Shown: positions 1 to 12,813, numbered from the stretch's first letter. The stretch: DNA of 64,000 bases from Flaccisagitta enflata (GCA_965153355.1 OZ231126.1:24552001-24616000), one strand, 5' to 3'. Notes: generated from the letters alone by a model not told the origin. Numbers and translations: made by a program.

Positions 1-66
1 AAAGTTTATTCTCCTATAGATAAAAGAAAAAAAATGGAAAAGAGAAAGGAAGAGAGAAAAGAGAAG

Positions 67-221
<155 letters not shown>

Positions 222-251
222 TATTCCTAATTCGTCAGCATTTTACAGATA

Positions 252-761
252 CAGTAGATGTCGTCTATACTTGGAAATACAGGGGCCCGCATATCATAAC
301 TACCATTTGTGCCAATGAAATGAAACTGAGTGTGTATAATACTTATGTCCTATAGCGTTGACAATGGGGTATGGCAGCTCTGTGGAGAGAAAATTCTTTT
401 GAATTTGGTATATCATATTAGCTCCTTTTCACAAGGTGTTGGAATTGGTCTAGTGGTTAACTCGTTTAACTTAAGATTTATTGTAACTAGTGGATTTCTT
501 TAAAGGTTTGAAGTTCAAATCCCAGGCTGGTTTTGCAATAAGAGCAAATAGATGAAGTTGAATTTCTGCCATAAAAGTGATTGATCCTAACGTTTTATAC
601 TAAAAGTTTTTTTTTGTAAGGTAAGCCGTAGGGGGATGCCATACCCCATCGTCAACCCCTTAGGGTCTATACATTAAACCAGCAAAATATCAGTCCCCTC
701 ATTGTACTGATGCTCAGGTTATGAGCTCCCCCGTACTTCGAAGTCTAGACGACATCTACTG
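252..761. mobile_element. Tc1/mariner(pogo)-like MITE, 510 bp, TA TSD
   Basis: TA|CAGTAGATGTCGTCTATACTTGGAAATACAGGGG at left is the near-perfect inverse of CCCCGTACTTCGAAGTCTAGACGACATCTACTG|TA at right. A second inner inverted pair (GTTGACAATGGGGTATGGCA / TGCCATACCCCATCGTCAAC) lies at ~358-377 and ~638-657. Confidence 0.85.
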
Positions 762-989
762 TAGAAAAAAAAAACAAACAAAAAACAAAAAAAAACAAAA
801 AGATTTAACTTTTAAGATAGGGAGGGGGCGCCGATTAGGAGAAATACGATATTCAGTGACATAAAAGGTCCATAGGATTCTTCCAGTATCAATGGCCGAT
901 TTTAACAGTATCATGATACGCGAGAAAAAAAAAAACGATTGCTAATAGAACGATTAATAGCGGTGAGTTTTCCGTTAATGAAATATCTC

Positions 990-1206
990 TTTGGTCACTG
1001 GCCAAGCGACTCTAAGAGAGGTTGTGTCCGTAGGTGGGTAGGAAGGAAACGCGAAATTTGACTTGGAGATGCCGCGATACCAACTGAAATAACGATTTCT
1101 GAGCCCTGCTCAGCCACATTACAGCCCCGCCCTACCCCATACTGTCCCTGTCTACCCGCATTACTGTCCCTGCCGACCCGCCAGCGACTATGTATCCGAC
1201 CTTGTT
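990..1206 (+). mobile_element. Degenerate HINE/DINE-like element
   Basis: GCGACTCTAAGAGAGG head, CCCTGCC...CCCGC core, and ATGTATCCGACCTTGTT tail resembling family A copies. Confidence 0.55.
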
Positions 1207-1537
1207 GGTTGAATATCGATTTTGATTTAATATTTCTTTTTTTTTTCTAACAATTTTGTACGGAATAAAATCTGTTTCTAACATGCGAGTTAGAGAGAGT
1301 TACCTGACGAGTGTCGCTTTAAAACAAACTGTGTGGCGATCCTGGCCACCGACCAACAGTTTTCGTCACATGAGGCTCTGTGTCCGGGAAACAGAGAATG
1401 ACATTTGGTTAATAAATCCTCACCAAAGGCCATAAATTCACGTTCAAATATTTCGAATATTCTAAACGTGGAGGAAAAGAGAACTGAAAAGTGGGAGAGG
1501 GGGAAGGACATGAGTGGAACAGTGGGAGGGTAACAAC

Positions 1538-2181
1538 TAGCTTGTACCTAAATGACTAAAAGCAATAAAATCAGAATTCTACAAGTAGTTCTTGTTGTGG
1601 GGCTGTCTTGGGCTTCTAATGGCATCAATTTTGGTCTGAAAAATTTGCATCTTGCTGTCCGCGCCTTACCTTGAATTTTCCTTCAGCCTATGGGAAACAA
1701 AAAATTTCAAAGTGCTTAAATCTCTGTTTTGACTGCAGATTGGAAATCTGCAGAAAAAACTGTTAATTGAAAGTGCTTTCCTTTTTTCAATATTCTTTCG
1801 GGATCATAGCCAAAATTCATCTTAAAGATATAAAAAAAGGTTAGTTCGGCGATTTTACATATGAATAAAAAAGAAAGGTAAGTTTTGCAAACTTTGACAC
1901 TTATTTTGAGCACCTTCTAGTTGGAATATTGAAAAAAGGAAAGCACTTTCAATTAACAGTTTTTTCTGCAGATTTCAAATCTGCAGTCAAAACAGAGATT
2001 TAAGAACTTTCAAATTTTTGGTTTCCCATAGGCTGAAGGAAAATTCAAGGTAAGGCGCGGACAGCAAGATGCAATTTTTTCAGACCAAAAGTGATGTCAT
2101 TGGAAGCCCAAGACAGCCCCACAATAAGAACTACTTGTGGAGTTCTGATTTTATTGTTTATTGTCATTTCGGTACAAGCTA
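1538..2181. mobile_element. hAT-like foldback MITE (644 bp, ~260-bp arms, 8-bp TSD)
   Basis: Termini TAGCTTGTACC...GGTACAAGCTA. Arms ~1538-1795 and ~1924-2181 are highly similar inverted copies. Flanks GTAACAAC / GTAACTAC form an 8-bp direct repeat with 1 mismatch. Confidence 0.88.
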
Positions 2182-2509
2182 GTAACTACAAGTTTGTTTT
2201 AAGAATCATGACGAGGGGGGTTGAAGAGATGTTAAAGATGTTTTTTTGCCATGGGCTCTGAATGGGGCAGGTGATTCATTCATAAGTCTATTGCAATGAG
2301 ATACAGTAACTGAGCAGTGTTGCCCATAACTGCGGAAGCCCCAAAAATAGAAACAACGGACTGACCGACCAAAAGAAACGATTTAACGCCTGTCCGCCTG
2401 CAGGTGCCCGCAAAAGAAAAAACCCTTGGATCCACTCTATCCAACCCTCAATCGCTCACAGTAACCGCACATTGCACTTGCTTTTACCCTCGCTCTCATT
2501 TTGTTCAAC

Positions 2510-2681
2510 TTTTTAGTCGCCTGAACGCGACTCTATAACCCGCTGTGTCCGTCGGTTGGTCCATCGGTCTGCGTTAGCTTTTTCGCGCTAGTGCTCCTGC
2601 CCAAATGCTTGGGTAAGCCTTTTTTATTATTGCCCCTGCCCACCCGCACGCGACTTCGGTAGCCGTGTATCCGGCCTTGTT
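2510..2681 (+). mobile_element. HINE/DINE-like family A element
   Basis: TTTTAGTCGC...CGCGACTCTATAA head, GTCCGTCGG repeats, GCACGCGACT subTIR, GCCGTGTATCCGGCCTTGTT tail. Confidence 0.8.
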
Positions 2682-3127
2682 AATTTTTTGTTTACAAATG
2701 TGACCTATCCTTATGACACATGCAAATGGAAACGACTGACTTCGTTGGTGTGAACTGGACCGAGTGCCCGATAAGACCTCCCAGACATTTTGGATAGGAA
2801 TAAGATCCGACACCCGCACAGTTCGATCACCGCCTGAACTCGCTGTCTCGCGCCACTCAGATCGCCTTTCTACAAAATGCCAGATCATTTTTCGCTCTTC
2901 AACCTCTTTCTAACTTTTTTTTACATTTCTTTTCATCTTTTTTTCCTCCCGTATTTATCTTCTCCTCCTTTATCACTCTTGGCTTTTTGCATTTATAATG
3001 TCAGTAAGTGTAAATTTCCGTTCCCAACTATTCTTGTTTTTTTCTCCTCAAACATAAGTTTGTTTTGATAAACGAAATCCCATTTTACAAAATGAATGAA
3101 CTTCAGTGGAGATCTCGAATTTCGGAG

Positions 3128-3128
<1 letters not shown>

Positions 3129-3199
<71 letters not shown>
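3129..3199. repeat. (GA)n microsatellite
   Basis: Direct. Confidence 0.98.
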
Positions 3200-3203
<4 letters not shown>

Positions 3204-4447
3204 CAACCAACGATGATGAGTGGGTCATTGATAAAGACGAAAAGACGAGACACTCTCAATCATTTATCACGAATTCGTTTATCACTCAATCATTAATCAC
3301 AAAATCGTTTATCATTGGAGTCATTCTCTTCTTAGAGGACGCTCGAATTTACATCAATGATAATCTTTTTGAAAAAGACCGCAAAAATAGATACGGGAAA
3401 AGAAAAGGCCCCTGTAAGAATATGAGAGAGAGAGAGAAAGGGTTAGTAGGGTACGTAATTGGAACGACAATGACAGCTCAAGAATTACAAATGATGTGTG
3501 TGGATTCGAGCAAACTTGATTGTACCGATGGGAAGTACAGAGGAAAATTTGAGGGCCACCTGCGCGATTTTCGGTTTGTTTTGAACTTGTTTTGAATATT
3601 TTTGATAAGGATTCAATTCTTTTTTTTTACCCACACACGTTTGACGCAGAAAATCCACCCTACCTTGTCTTTTACACGTTACGATCATTTCACTTGATCG
3701 GGTTTCGATTCAATTACACGGAATCTCGAAAAAAAAATGCTTAGAAAAATCAAATAAGGTTTGGTAACATCAAAGAAAATAAGAAAGGTTTGGTTGACAT
3801 GTTGAAGGACTGACATACTGACCAACAAAGCCATTAAGGAAACAAGAAAGAAACGATTAATATTTGAAGAATATATGAAAAACATAACACCGCAGAATGC
3901 TTAAAACGTCCCTGAAAATCTTTACATTATGACATCATATCACCAATGACATGCTTGAAAGTCTTTATATTCTTTTAAAATGATTCTCTAAGAAGAGCAT
4001 TTACTAAATAATGAAAGTTATCTTTGGTTGTCATCACCTCGTTTTAGAGATCAATCTTGTTCATGATGGCTGATGGAAATATTCGGAGAGTATGACGACG
4101 TGATAAGTGATGAGATTTAGTAAAGAATAATCTTGAGCACATTACTATCATTTTCCAGATGTCTTTTTTTCTCGGGTTCGCTTCTTTTTTTAATTCAGAA
4201 GAATTTGTGGAATTTTTGTAATGGATAATGCAATCTATACAAGGCCGGATACACGGTTTCCTTGGTCAAACGCGGATAGGCATTGCTGCAAAACTGCCCG
4301 TAATCGCCCCCCCCCCTCCCAAAAAATTGAGACCGAAGCTCGCGCGAAGGCCCGACAGATGGATGAACCGGCGGATCGCCTCAGTACAAAGTTAAACCAT
4401 CGCGTAAAAAAAATTGTAGGGACAATGTGGACTGTCTTCTTGCGCTG

Positions 4448-4692
4448 TTTTTAGATGCGTCAAGAACGCATCTCTATAGTGTCTGTCCGTCCGTCGGTCC
4501 GTTGGTCCGTCAGTCCGTTGGTCGCTATGTCCGTTATGCCTGTGCAAAATCCGCGTTTCTCGGCTGTTTATAGTCACGGTGAAATCCTGTGCTGGATCAA
4601 ATGAACAAAAAATATGTTTCTCTCCATTTATGTCACATATTCAATACACGCTGAGACACTGTCCGAACGCATCTTTGCCCGGTCGGGCTTGT
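4448..4692 (+). mobile_element. HINE family B element
   Basis: TTTTAGATGCGT...ACGCATCTCTATA head and GCCCGGTCGGGCTTGT tail hairpin. Homologous to 52957-53280. Confidence 0.8.
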
Positions 4693-5027
4693 CTCCGACT
4701 AATTATCTTATTGTTTTATTAAAATTAGCCAAAAATCAGTCCCGACGATCACTTAAAGTATGAAAAGGTGATAATGCCTCATGGAGGCTCAAAAACAGTT
4801 TTTTCTATTTTGTTACTTTTTAATTCTCACATGTTTTTGTTTTTGTTTTTGTCTTTTTTTCTGCATCCAATTCTCACGTCCACATGGCAGTTCCGTTGTT
4901 GTTCCTCTCTTAGAAGCATCTCTCTCTTACATGCAAATCTTTACATCACGGGAAAAGGTAAGCAATATCTAGTTAGTTTTGTTCTTATGCAACTTCCTTT
5001 AGCTCATATCCACGAAGCGGTAAGGCA

Positions 5028-5621
5028 AATAGTCGCAAAAGCGTTAGATGGTCAGCGGTACCCGTTGCCCCTTTATGAGTATATGTAGGTGTGAGATAGT
5101 TAGAGGGGCAGCGGCCCTGAAGGAACCGATGACCTATGCTGTTTTTATCTGAGCCTCAAGGCTGGAATTGGGGCCTTGAGGCTGGGATTTGAGCCTTGAG
5201 GCAGAGATTTGAGCCTCAAGGCTTAGATTTGAGCCTGAAGGCTGGGATTTGAGCTTCGAGGCTAGGATTTGGGCCTCGAGACTAGGATTTGAGCCTCAAG
5301 GCTGGGATTTGAGCCTCAAGGCTGGAATTTGAGCCTCAAGGCTGGGATTTGAGCCTCAAGACTGGGATTTGAGCCTGGAGACTGCGATTTAAGGCTCGAG
5401 GCCAGGATCTGAGCCTCAAGGCTAGGAGTTGAGCCTCAAGGCTAAGATTTGAGCCTCAAGGCTGGGATTTGAGCTTTGAGGCTGGGATTTGAGCCTCGAG
5501 GCTAGGATTTGGGCCTCTAGGGGGGGGGGGGGGTACATAGAAGAAGGAGGAGAGGAAGAAGGAGAAATTTCCCAGGGGTGAAAGCATAGGTCATCGGCTC
5601 CTTCGGGCCGCTGCCCAAAAA
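5028..5621 (-). mobile_element. HINE family C element with 20-bp minisatellite (GAGCCTCAAGGCTGGGATTT)n
   Basis: GGGCAGCGGCCC / GGGCCGCTGCCC inverted pair brackets roughly 18 copies of a 20-bp unit (~5150-5515). Tail AATAGTCGCAAAAGCGTTAG is shared with 9251 and 49719. Confidence 0.82.
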
Positions 5622-5891
5622 GGAAAATAAAAAGAATAGGAAAGGCTTTTAGTGCGTTTGGTTCACGATCGGTTGGTTTCTTCTTGTAGCGCCAATGAAT
5701 TTCTACTTGAATGAAAAAAGAACCATAAAACTCTTTTCTACGAATGGAGGTTGGATGCGAGGAAAAAGTCGCTTCAGCGCCTCTAACGACTTCTTTCCGC
5801 ACAAAACAGTAATGGATCCTTTTTTTTTCTTTTCCTTCGTTGCTCTTTTTTTTTTCGTTTCTGCTTTTTCCCTTCCTTTCTTTTATTCATC

Positions 5892-6527
5892 TTTTTAGGT
5901 GCGCCATAGCACCTCTATGAGAGGCTCTGTCTGTCGGTTGGTCGGTCGGTTGGTCTGTAACGCTCGAGTTGAAAATCTCGAAAAGAAGCAAAAATCACTG
6001 GAAATGATTCAGAAATATGCTTGGATGATTTTTAAATGCGCCATAGCATCTCTATAAGAAGCTCTGTCTGTCCGTCCGTCCATCCGTCGGTCACGCTCGA
6101 ATGAATCATCGCTAAAAATGTTCGAAATCAATAGAAAACTCATTTCTTCATCATAAATGATACTCGTCTTTTCATTCACTAAAATAATCAGCTACGGTTA
6201 GGTCTTATAGAGCTGGGGATAGGTTGGATCGGTCTGGTGATAGGTAGGATAGGTCTTAGGATAGGTCTGATAGAGCTGGAGATAGGTCTGATAGAGCTGG
6301 GGATAGGTCTGATAGAGCTGGTGATAGGTCTGATAGAGCTCGGGAAAGGTCTGATAGAGCTCGGGAGAGGCTTGATAGAGCTCGGGATAGGTCTTACAGA
6401 GCTAGGAATGGTCTGATAGAGCTAGGGATAGGTCTGATGGAGCTAGGGATAGGTCTGATGGAGCTAGGGATAGCTCTGAATTAATAACGCTCGGCGCACC
6501 GTCTTGGCCCGTGTATCCGGCCTTGTT
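5892..6527 (+). mobile_element. HINE family D element (two tandem heads) with 21-bp array (ATAGGTCTGATAGAGCTNGGG)n
   Basis: TTTTAGGTGCGCCATAGCACCTCTAT head, second head at ~6030, array ~6200-6475, GGCGCACC subTIR, and GTGTATCCGGCCTTGTT tail. Confidence 0.85.
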
Positions 6528-7081
6528 TTCTTTCTAGTTCCATTTCTTCCCACTCTTCTCTCCTTCTCTTCTTTTTTTTTCTCTCTTTTTTCATGACTAC
6601 TTTTTTTTCTTTTTTTTCGCATTCTTTTTTTTTTTTTTGTCTTCGTTTCCCTTTTTTTCTCATTTTTTTCCTTTGCAACTTGTGGATGCCAACAAAACAT
6701 CATCTAAAGTCCAAAGATGCCAGAACAGAAACGCAGAAATTCCATTTTTCAGACTGATCCTCTTTCTATTTTTCTTTCTATTATTCTTTCTATTTTTTTT
6801 CCTTCATCCTCAAAAGCTGTCCCCGGCATCATTAGTCTTAGAGTTGGGCGGTTCACTGTCAAGAATGCCTCTGATGCTCATTTAACGATGGTTTTTTGTC
6901 TAGAAGCGTTTGCGCGTTTGTCTCAACCACCCTTCTCACCCTCCCCCCCCCCCTCCATACCCCCGCACGTCAAGATTTTTCTCTCTAATCGTTTGTTTTT
7001 TGCCTTCTTGTGCGATACTTGACTGATGATGTAAGCACGACCTTGCTTGTTGTTGCTCGTTGTTACTTTTGCACTTATACG

Positions 7082-7239
7082 TTTTTAGTTGCGGACACGC
7101 AACTCTATAAGAGGCTTTGTCCGTCCGTCCGTCCGTCGGTTGGTCGGTCCGTGAACACGAGTCGAAAAGTGTGAAAACACGCATTTCCGCCCCTGCCCAA
7201 TCGTCCGCAACTGGTATTGGCCGTGTATCCGGCCTTGTT
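7082..7239 (+). mobile_element. HINE family A element (canonical short copy)
   Basis: TTTTTAGTTGCGGACACGCAACTCTATAAGAGG...GTCCGCAAC...GGCCGTGTATCCGGCCTTGTT. Confidence 0.88.
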
Positions 7240-7536
7240 TTGTGCTAGCAGCATTTCTGTCTTTTTTTTCAGCTTTTTGCCGCGACCCTTTTGTCTTGAC
7301 TCTGTCTCTGTCTTAGGCCGGCGGTTCAAGTTTCTTGCAATCTGTCTGTTTCCTCATCTATTTGTAACTACCTGTACCCATCAGGGAGAAACTGTCTACT
7401 TCTCAATTCCTGTGTAGTTCTTTCAGTTTACCGTTCCCACTGTCTGGTTGTCTGATGTCTGATGTCTGATGTCTGACCCCGTCTGTCTGTATATATACAT
7501 CTGTCTGCATGTCTGAACTAGTATGTCTGTCTTTCA

Positions 7537-7798
<262 letters not shown>

Positions 7799-8319
7799 GA
7801 CGTTGAGTAATGTTGGTGGCGCTGTTTAAGGCAGCGTTTCTTCGGCGGATGAAAAATGTTCAAATTGCCGTCTCGAGAAATTTCTTCGATTCCCGAGGCT
7901 TTTCTTATTTTTCTACCTTTTCTTTCGTTCCGCCGCCGTTTTTTGTGTGTGTACCTGATTTTTCACTCTTTGCTCTTTTTTTTTTTCTTTTTTTGTATTT
8001 TGCCTTTTCTTTATCTAGATGCCTTTGCTACATTCCGGCTCCGCCTGGGCTTTTGAGGATTTTCTCTCATCGATTTATCAACAACATTTATAAGCAAGGT
8101 ATTCGAAGTGAATATGCATACACGCATTCGCACGATTCTTTGAGCTATTTGGAAGCAAGTATTCCAATTTGGTAACGTAAAGATACATTTGAATAAAACA
8201 AATCACTCTCATCACAGGATTGTACTATTTCAAAATGCATCATTGTATAGCTCACGAAGCTCTCATGAATTGATAACTAGCATTTAGGTGAGATTTGATT
8301 GCCTTTGCATCTACAGACA

Positions 8320-8935
8320 GATATGCATGGCACGGCTCGATAGGGATCGGTTTTAGCCCTATGAAGACAGCATGTTCTGAGACTTTGCATGGTGTTCCCC
8401 AATACTATGGGGCAGGTCGGAAAAATGCGCGCAAAAAAATCCGTATTGTAGGAAGCCGTCAATTGCCATTTACTTATCAGTATGACATTTTTTGCCAAAC
8501 CATCGAAACATTTTAATCTTTAGAAAATCGTAGCTCATCTTCTGGTAAAGCCATAATGTTGGGATTGGGCTCATTCGATGGGGTTTTTAGTTGCGGACAC
8601 GCAACTCTATAAGAGGCTTTGACCGTCCGTCCGTCCGTCCGTCCGTCCGTCCGTCCGTCCGTTGGTTGGTCCGTCACGCTCGAGTTGAAAACGCGAGAAA
8701 CGCGCATTTTACGATGCTGCAGCTGTCATTGAATGTGTGTGGGTGTAAGTTAGTGTAAGGGAAGGGGGTTGGGGCGAGGCTGGGGGTTGGCTGCCATTGC
8801 CCATCCGTCCGCAACGATATTGTGACCCCCGCGTCACTTGTTTAAGTAGTTTATCAGTGTAAAATATCATCTCAATCGGTTGAGCGGTTGCTGAAAAGAT
8901 TGAATTTGTTTTTCAAAAATGGCAAAACAATTATC
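8320..8935 (+). repeat. Older interspersed repeat, split by the HINE at 8584-8842; inverted paralogue at 12820-13175
   Basis: For example GAGACTTTGCATGGTGTTCCCCAATACTATGGGGCAGGTCGGAAAAATGCG matches the reverse complement of ~13080-13131. Similarity continues on both sides of the HINE. Confidence 0.75.
8584..8842 (+). mobile_element. HINE family A element (GTGAC-CCCGC-GTCAC tail variant)
   Basis: Canonical head, (GTCC)n, GTCCGCAAC subTIR, GTGACCCCCGCGTCACTTGTT tail. Confidence 0.88.
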
Positions 8936-9162
8936 TTTTTTTAATGGAAATTTCAATATTTCATTGAGCACTTCATTGGATGAAAAGTTTAGTGATGAGT
9001 GGATCTAACAGGGCCTTCCAACATTTCCACCTGGCATTACTCTCAAACGTTTCGCTTCTAAAAGACAATGAGAACTATCCGGATTAAGAGCTTTGGATAA
9101 AGGCAAGGGTTGCAAATCTTTCCATTTTATCGTGAATTTGTATGGAAGTGTCATCCGTAAAT

Positions 9163-10446
9163 CTTTAGTTGCGGACACGCAACTACGAGAGGCTTTGTCC
9201 GTCCATCAGTCTGTTGGTCCGTTGGTCCATCAGTCTATTAGCATAAGTAAAATAGTCGCAAAAGCGTTAGATGGTCAGCGGCACCCGTGCCCTGCTTAAG
9301 TAGGTTGTGACTGAAGTTGAGGGAGGGAGCAGGGCAGCGGCCCCAAAGGCAGAAGGGGTCGATGACATATGCTTTCACACATAAGGGGGATTTTCTCCTC
9401 TTTCTCCTCCTTCTCCTCCTCCTTTTCCTTCCATCCCCCCCAAACCTCAAGGCCATATCCCAGCCTCAAGACCTAAATACCAGTCTTGAGGCCCAAATTT
9501 GAGCCTTGAGGTTGGGATTTGGGTCTTGAGGTTGGGGTTTGGGCCATGAGGTTGGGATTTTGGCCTCAAGACTGGGATATGGCCCTCGAGGCTGAGATAT
9601 GGGCCCAGAAGGAGGAGAAAATCCCCCATGTGTGAAAGCATAGGTCATCGACTCCTTCGGGGCGGCTGCCGAAAAGTGGGAAAATGAGTGTTTACATGAT
9701 TTATGGGCAGCGGCCCCTAAGGAGACAAAGTACTGTAGAACACAGGGGGAATCTGTCCATCCGTTCGTCCATCCGTCCGTCCATCCGTCCGTCCATCTGT
9801 CCATCCATCCATCTGTCTGTCCATCCCCCGCCCTATCCACAGGGCATTGTCTCCTTTGGGGGCCTATTTTGACCCAAATTCTGCCCAAATCCAAGCAATA
9901 TGGCCTAAATCTGAGCAAAATGGCCCACATCCAAGCATAATGGCTAAAATCCAAGCATAATGGCCAAAATCAAAGCAAAATAGCCTAAATCTGGCTAGAA
10001 AACCCAATTCTGACCTGAAGTCCACCATTTTAACCCCTTATTTGACCTATATTGTGGCCTATGATGCCTAAATTCTGACCAGATTTGGGCCATTTTGCAA
10101 GAATTTGGGCCATAATGCTTAGATTTGGGCCAAATTGCTTAGATTTGGTTTATTTGGCAGAATTTGGGTCAGAATAGGCCCCAAAGGAGACGAAGCCCTG
10201 AGGATGGGGCAGGGGGGATGGATGGATTGATGGATGGACAGATGGACAGACAGATTCCCCCTTCGGGGCCGCTGCCCTGCTCCCCCTCGACAAATCAAAC
10301 ACTTCTCAAGCAGGGCATGGGTACTGCTGACCACTTTCTGCCTTTGGGCTGCCATTGTGCATGTGTCTAGGGTTTGGAGTGTGGATGGGGGTTGGACGCC
10401 CCTGCCCACCCGTCCGCAACAATATTCTGACCCCGCATCACTTGTT
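9163..10446 (+). mobile_element. Family A element interrupted by two family C elements (9251-9675 minus; ~9701-10358 plus)
   Basis: A-type head at ~9163-9240 and A-type tail at ~10360-10446. Between them are two C-type skeletons with 20-bp arrays of different sequence. Confidence 0.75.
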
Positions 10447-10514
10447 GTCGATCACTTTTTGACTGGGGGAAAACATAAAGAATAGCCTTCAATCTGATCT
10501 AGAATGCGTGCAAA

Positions 10515-10740
10515 TGGGCGGGCCACTCGGTTGCTCGCTACATTTGTTTGCTCAAACCGCTCACTTCTTCTGCAGCGCTTGGCTTAACTACGCTTGTTTC
10601 GCTCGCTTGCTGCATTCACAGGCTCCCTCACTCACTTCGCTCACTCCCTCATGAGATGGTTGAAAATCATTGTGTTCACGCTAAAAACACGTTTCAGAGG
10701 AAGAATCACGTTGCCGCCATCAGTATAAACACTCCCAATG
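10515..10740 (+). repeat. Interspersed repeat rich in CGCTC/CACTC motifs (related pieces at ~40470-40575 plus and ~53400-53540 minus)
   Basis: Shared GCCACTCGGT.GC and CGCTCGCT...TTCAC.GG...GCTCACTCACTTCGCTCACTCC motifs. Confidence 0.6.
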
Positions 10741-11011
10741 TAGGATCTCACCGTGGCCAGCCAAAAAACGCGGTTTTCAAAAGTCATAACAGACCGACGG
10801 ACAGACCAATGGCCCAACCAACCAACGGACAGGCCCTCTAATGCGCTCCTGACAGGTGCATCTAAAAATGGTCTTACATGTGCAAAATCTCATTTTTGCT
10901 TCTTCAATATTTTTTTCCTGGTCTTGTCATTGGCCGTTTAAACAGAACAAATACAAATAGATTAAAAGTATTGATATTGAAAGTATTGTAATAGATAGGT
11001 GAGCAATCAGC

Positions 11012-11042
<31 letters not shown>

Positions 11043-11383
11043 TTGTTGTTGTTTTTTTTATAAAGATATTTCTTTTTTTCCCTGAGCGCTGTGTTGTTGT
11101 TGTGGTTGTTGTTGCTAGGATAATCCATCTCATTGAAGTTTTCCCCCAATTGTTGTTGATGTTATTGTTGTTGTTGTTATTGTTGTTGTTGTTGCTTTTT
11201 TTGGCATAGTCCAAATCATTGTAGTTCTTTTCCCCAATCGTTGTTGTTGTTGTTGTTGTAAAGATAGTGCCTCTTGTAGTTTTTTCCCCAATCACCATAT
11301 TGTTGTTATTATTTATTTTGTTGTTGGTATTGTTGTTAAGATAGTCCATCTCATTGTAGTTTTCTTCCCCGATCGCTGTGTTG
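11012..11383. repeat. (TTG)n tracts interleaved with a repeated ATAGTCCATCTCATTGTAGTTTTCCCC-like unit
   Basis: The unit recurs about four times (~11120, 11206, 11264, 11341). Confidence 0.85.
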
Positions 11384-11583
11384 TTTTTAGTTGCGGACAC
11401 GCAACTCTATAAGAGGCTTTGTCAGTCCGTCCGTCGGTTGGTCCGTGGACATGAGTCGAAAAGTGTGAAAATGAGCGTTTTAGATGATTTTTTGTGTATG
11501 TGAGAGGAGCATGGGGTATGGATGGGGGTAGGATGCCCCTGCCCACCCGTCCGCAACGATATTGTTACCCCACGTCACTTGTT
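11384..11583 (+). mobile_element. HINE family A element
   Basis: Canonical head, subTIR and GTCACTTGTT tail. Confidence 0.85.
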
Positions 11584-12134
11584 TAATTTGATGTTGTTTG
11601 CTGCTTTTGTGGGCATGAGTTCTGGTCATCACAGATATTCTTTCACACTATGATAGTCGGTTTCCATTTGTTGCTGACGACTTTGAAAGAATGAGACCAA
11701 TAAGATATCCCATGAATTAGTAACGCTGGATCCCGGATTGAAAAAAAATATACAGATGATTGAGCAAAGAGCTTTTTTCAGGTGCGTGTGAGCTGTTTTA
11801 ATAACGATAAGGCTCCCCCAATGATGTGCTAGTGTTCAGGACACTAGAGCATTTGGACAGGAGCAGTGAGGATAAAGACCTCATTGACGCATACACCTAT
11901 GAAAGCACTTAACAATTTCAACATATAACCATCAGTTCCAATGGTGACTTACTAAGTCACAATTGCATGCAACACTTGCAACAGACAAGGCAAAGTCATG
12001 ACTCATGATCAATGCGTGCGCCTTACTGATTAAGAATGTATAAAATTTTTTTAATAATGAACTAACAAATGAATGAATTCATGAAACGACTGGATGAAAA
12101 TGAAAGCGGTAGGGCATGAGAGGAATGAAGTGGA

Positions 12135-12813
12135 CTCTACAACCCGCTTTGTTTGTCCATCAGTCCGTCTGCCAGTCATTCCATCCATCCATCCATCCGT
12201 CCGTCGTTCTGCGGTCCGTCCTTCACACTTCGCTTTTTTTTGTTTTTGCAGTTTTTGTCATTGCTCCTGCCCAAATGATCAAGTGACCTCAAATAGCCTC
12301 TGCCCACCCGCTCGCGACTGGGGTAGCTGTTTGTCCAGCCTTGTTTTTATGAGAACTTAGTTTATGAGAACATCAATGCTTCAAAATGACCTAAAATTAA
12401 AAATGTTGTAGTTTTTTAAGTCGCGTGCACGCGACTCTCCAACCTGCTGTCCGTCCATCCATTGGTTGGTCGGTCACGCTTAGCTTTTTCGGTGTTTACG
12501 GGCGGTTTTGGGGTTACTGCTCCTGCCCAATTGCTTGGTTGGTCAATTTCATCATTGCCCCTGCCCACCCGCACGCGACTGAGGTAGCCGTGTATACGGC
12601 CTTGTTATTTGTAGCTATTTTTATGACGTTCTTATAAAACAAGGCCGGATACGCGGCTACCCCAGTCGCGTGTGCTGTATTTGAGGTCACTTGATCATTT
12701 GGGCAGGAGCAGTGAGGCCAAAGACCGCAAAAAAACAAAGAAAAGTGTGACGGACTGAAGGACCGACGGACTGACGAAGCGGGGTGTAGAGTCGCGTAGC
12801 ACGCAACTAAAAA
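12135..12813. mobile_element. Cluster of three family A (GTCGCGTGC subfamily) copies: ~12135-12345 plus (5' truncated), 12413-12607 plus, 12638-12813 minus
   Basis: Shared GCTCCTGCCCAAATGATCAAGTGACCTCAAATA core and CTTGTT tails. The last two copies are tail-to-tail. Confidence 0.78.

Noticed and set aside
436..530. Intact tRNA gene
   Set aside because: A/B-box-like motifs are present but I cannot form acceptor and anticodon stems.
5150..6475. Short regularly spaced repeats as a possible CRISPR array
   Set aside because: Units are contiguous with no unique spacers, there are no cas genes, and they sit inside TE termini.
12340..12643. CTTGTTTTTATGAGAAC / GTTCTTATAAAACAAG inverted pair as a separate MITE
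   Set aside because: The match overlaps the CTTGTT tails of two oppositely oriented HINEs, leaving too little independent evidence.
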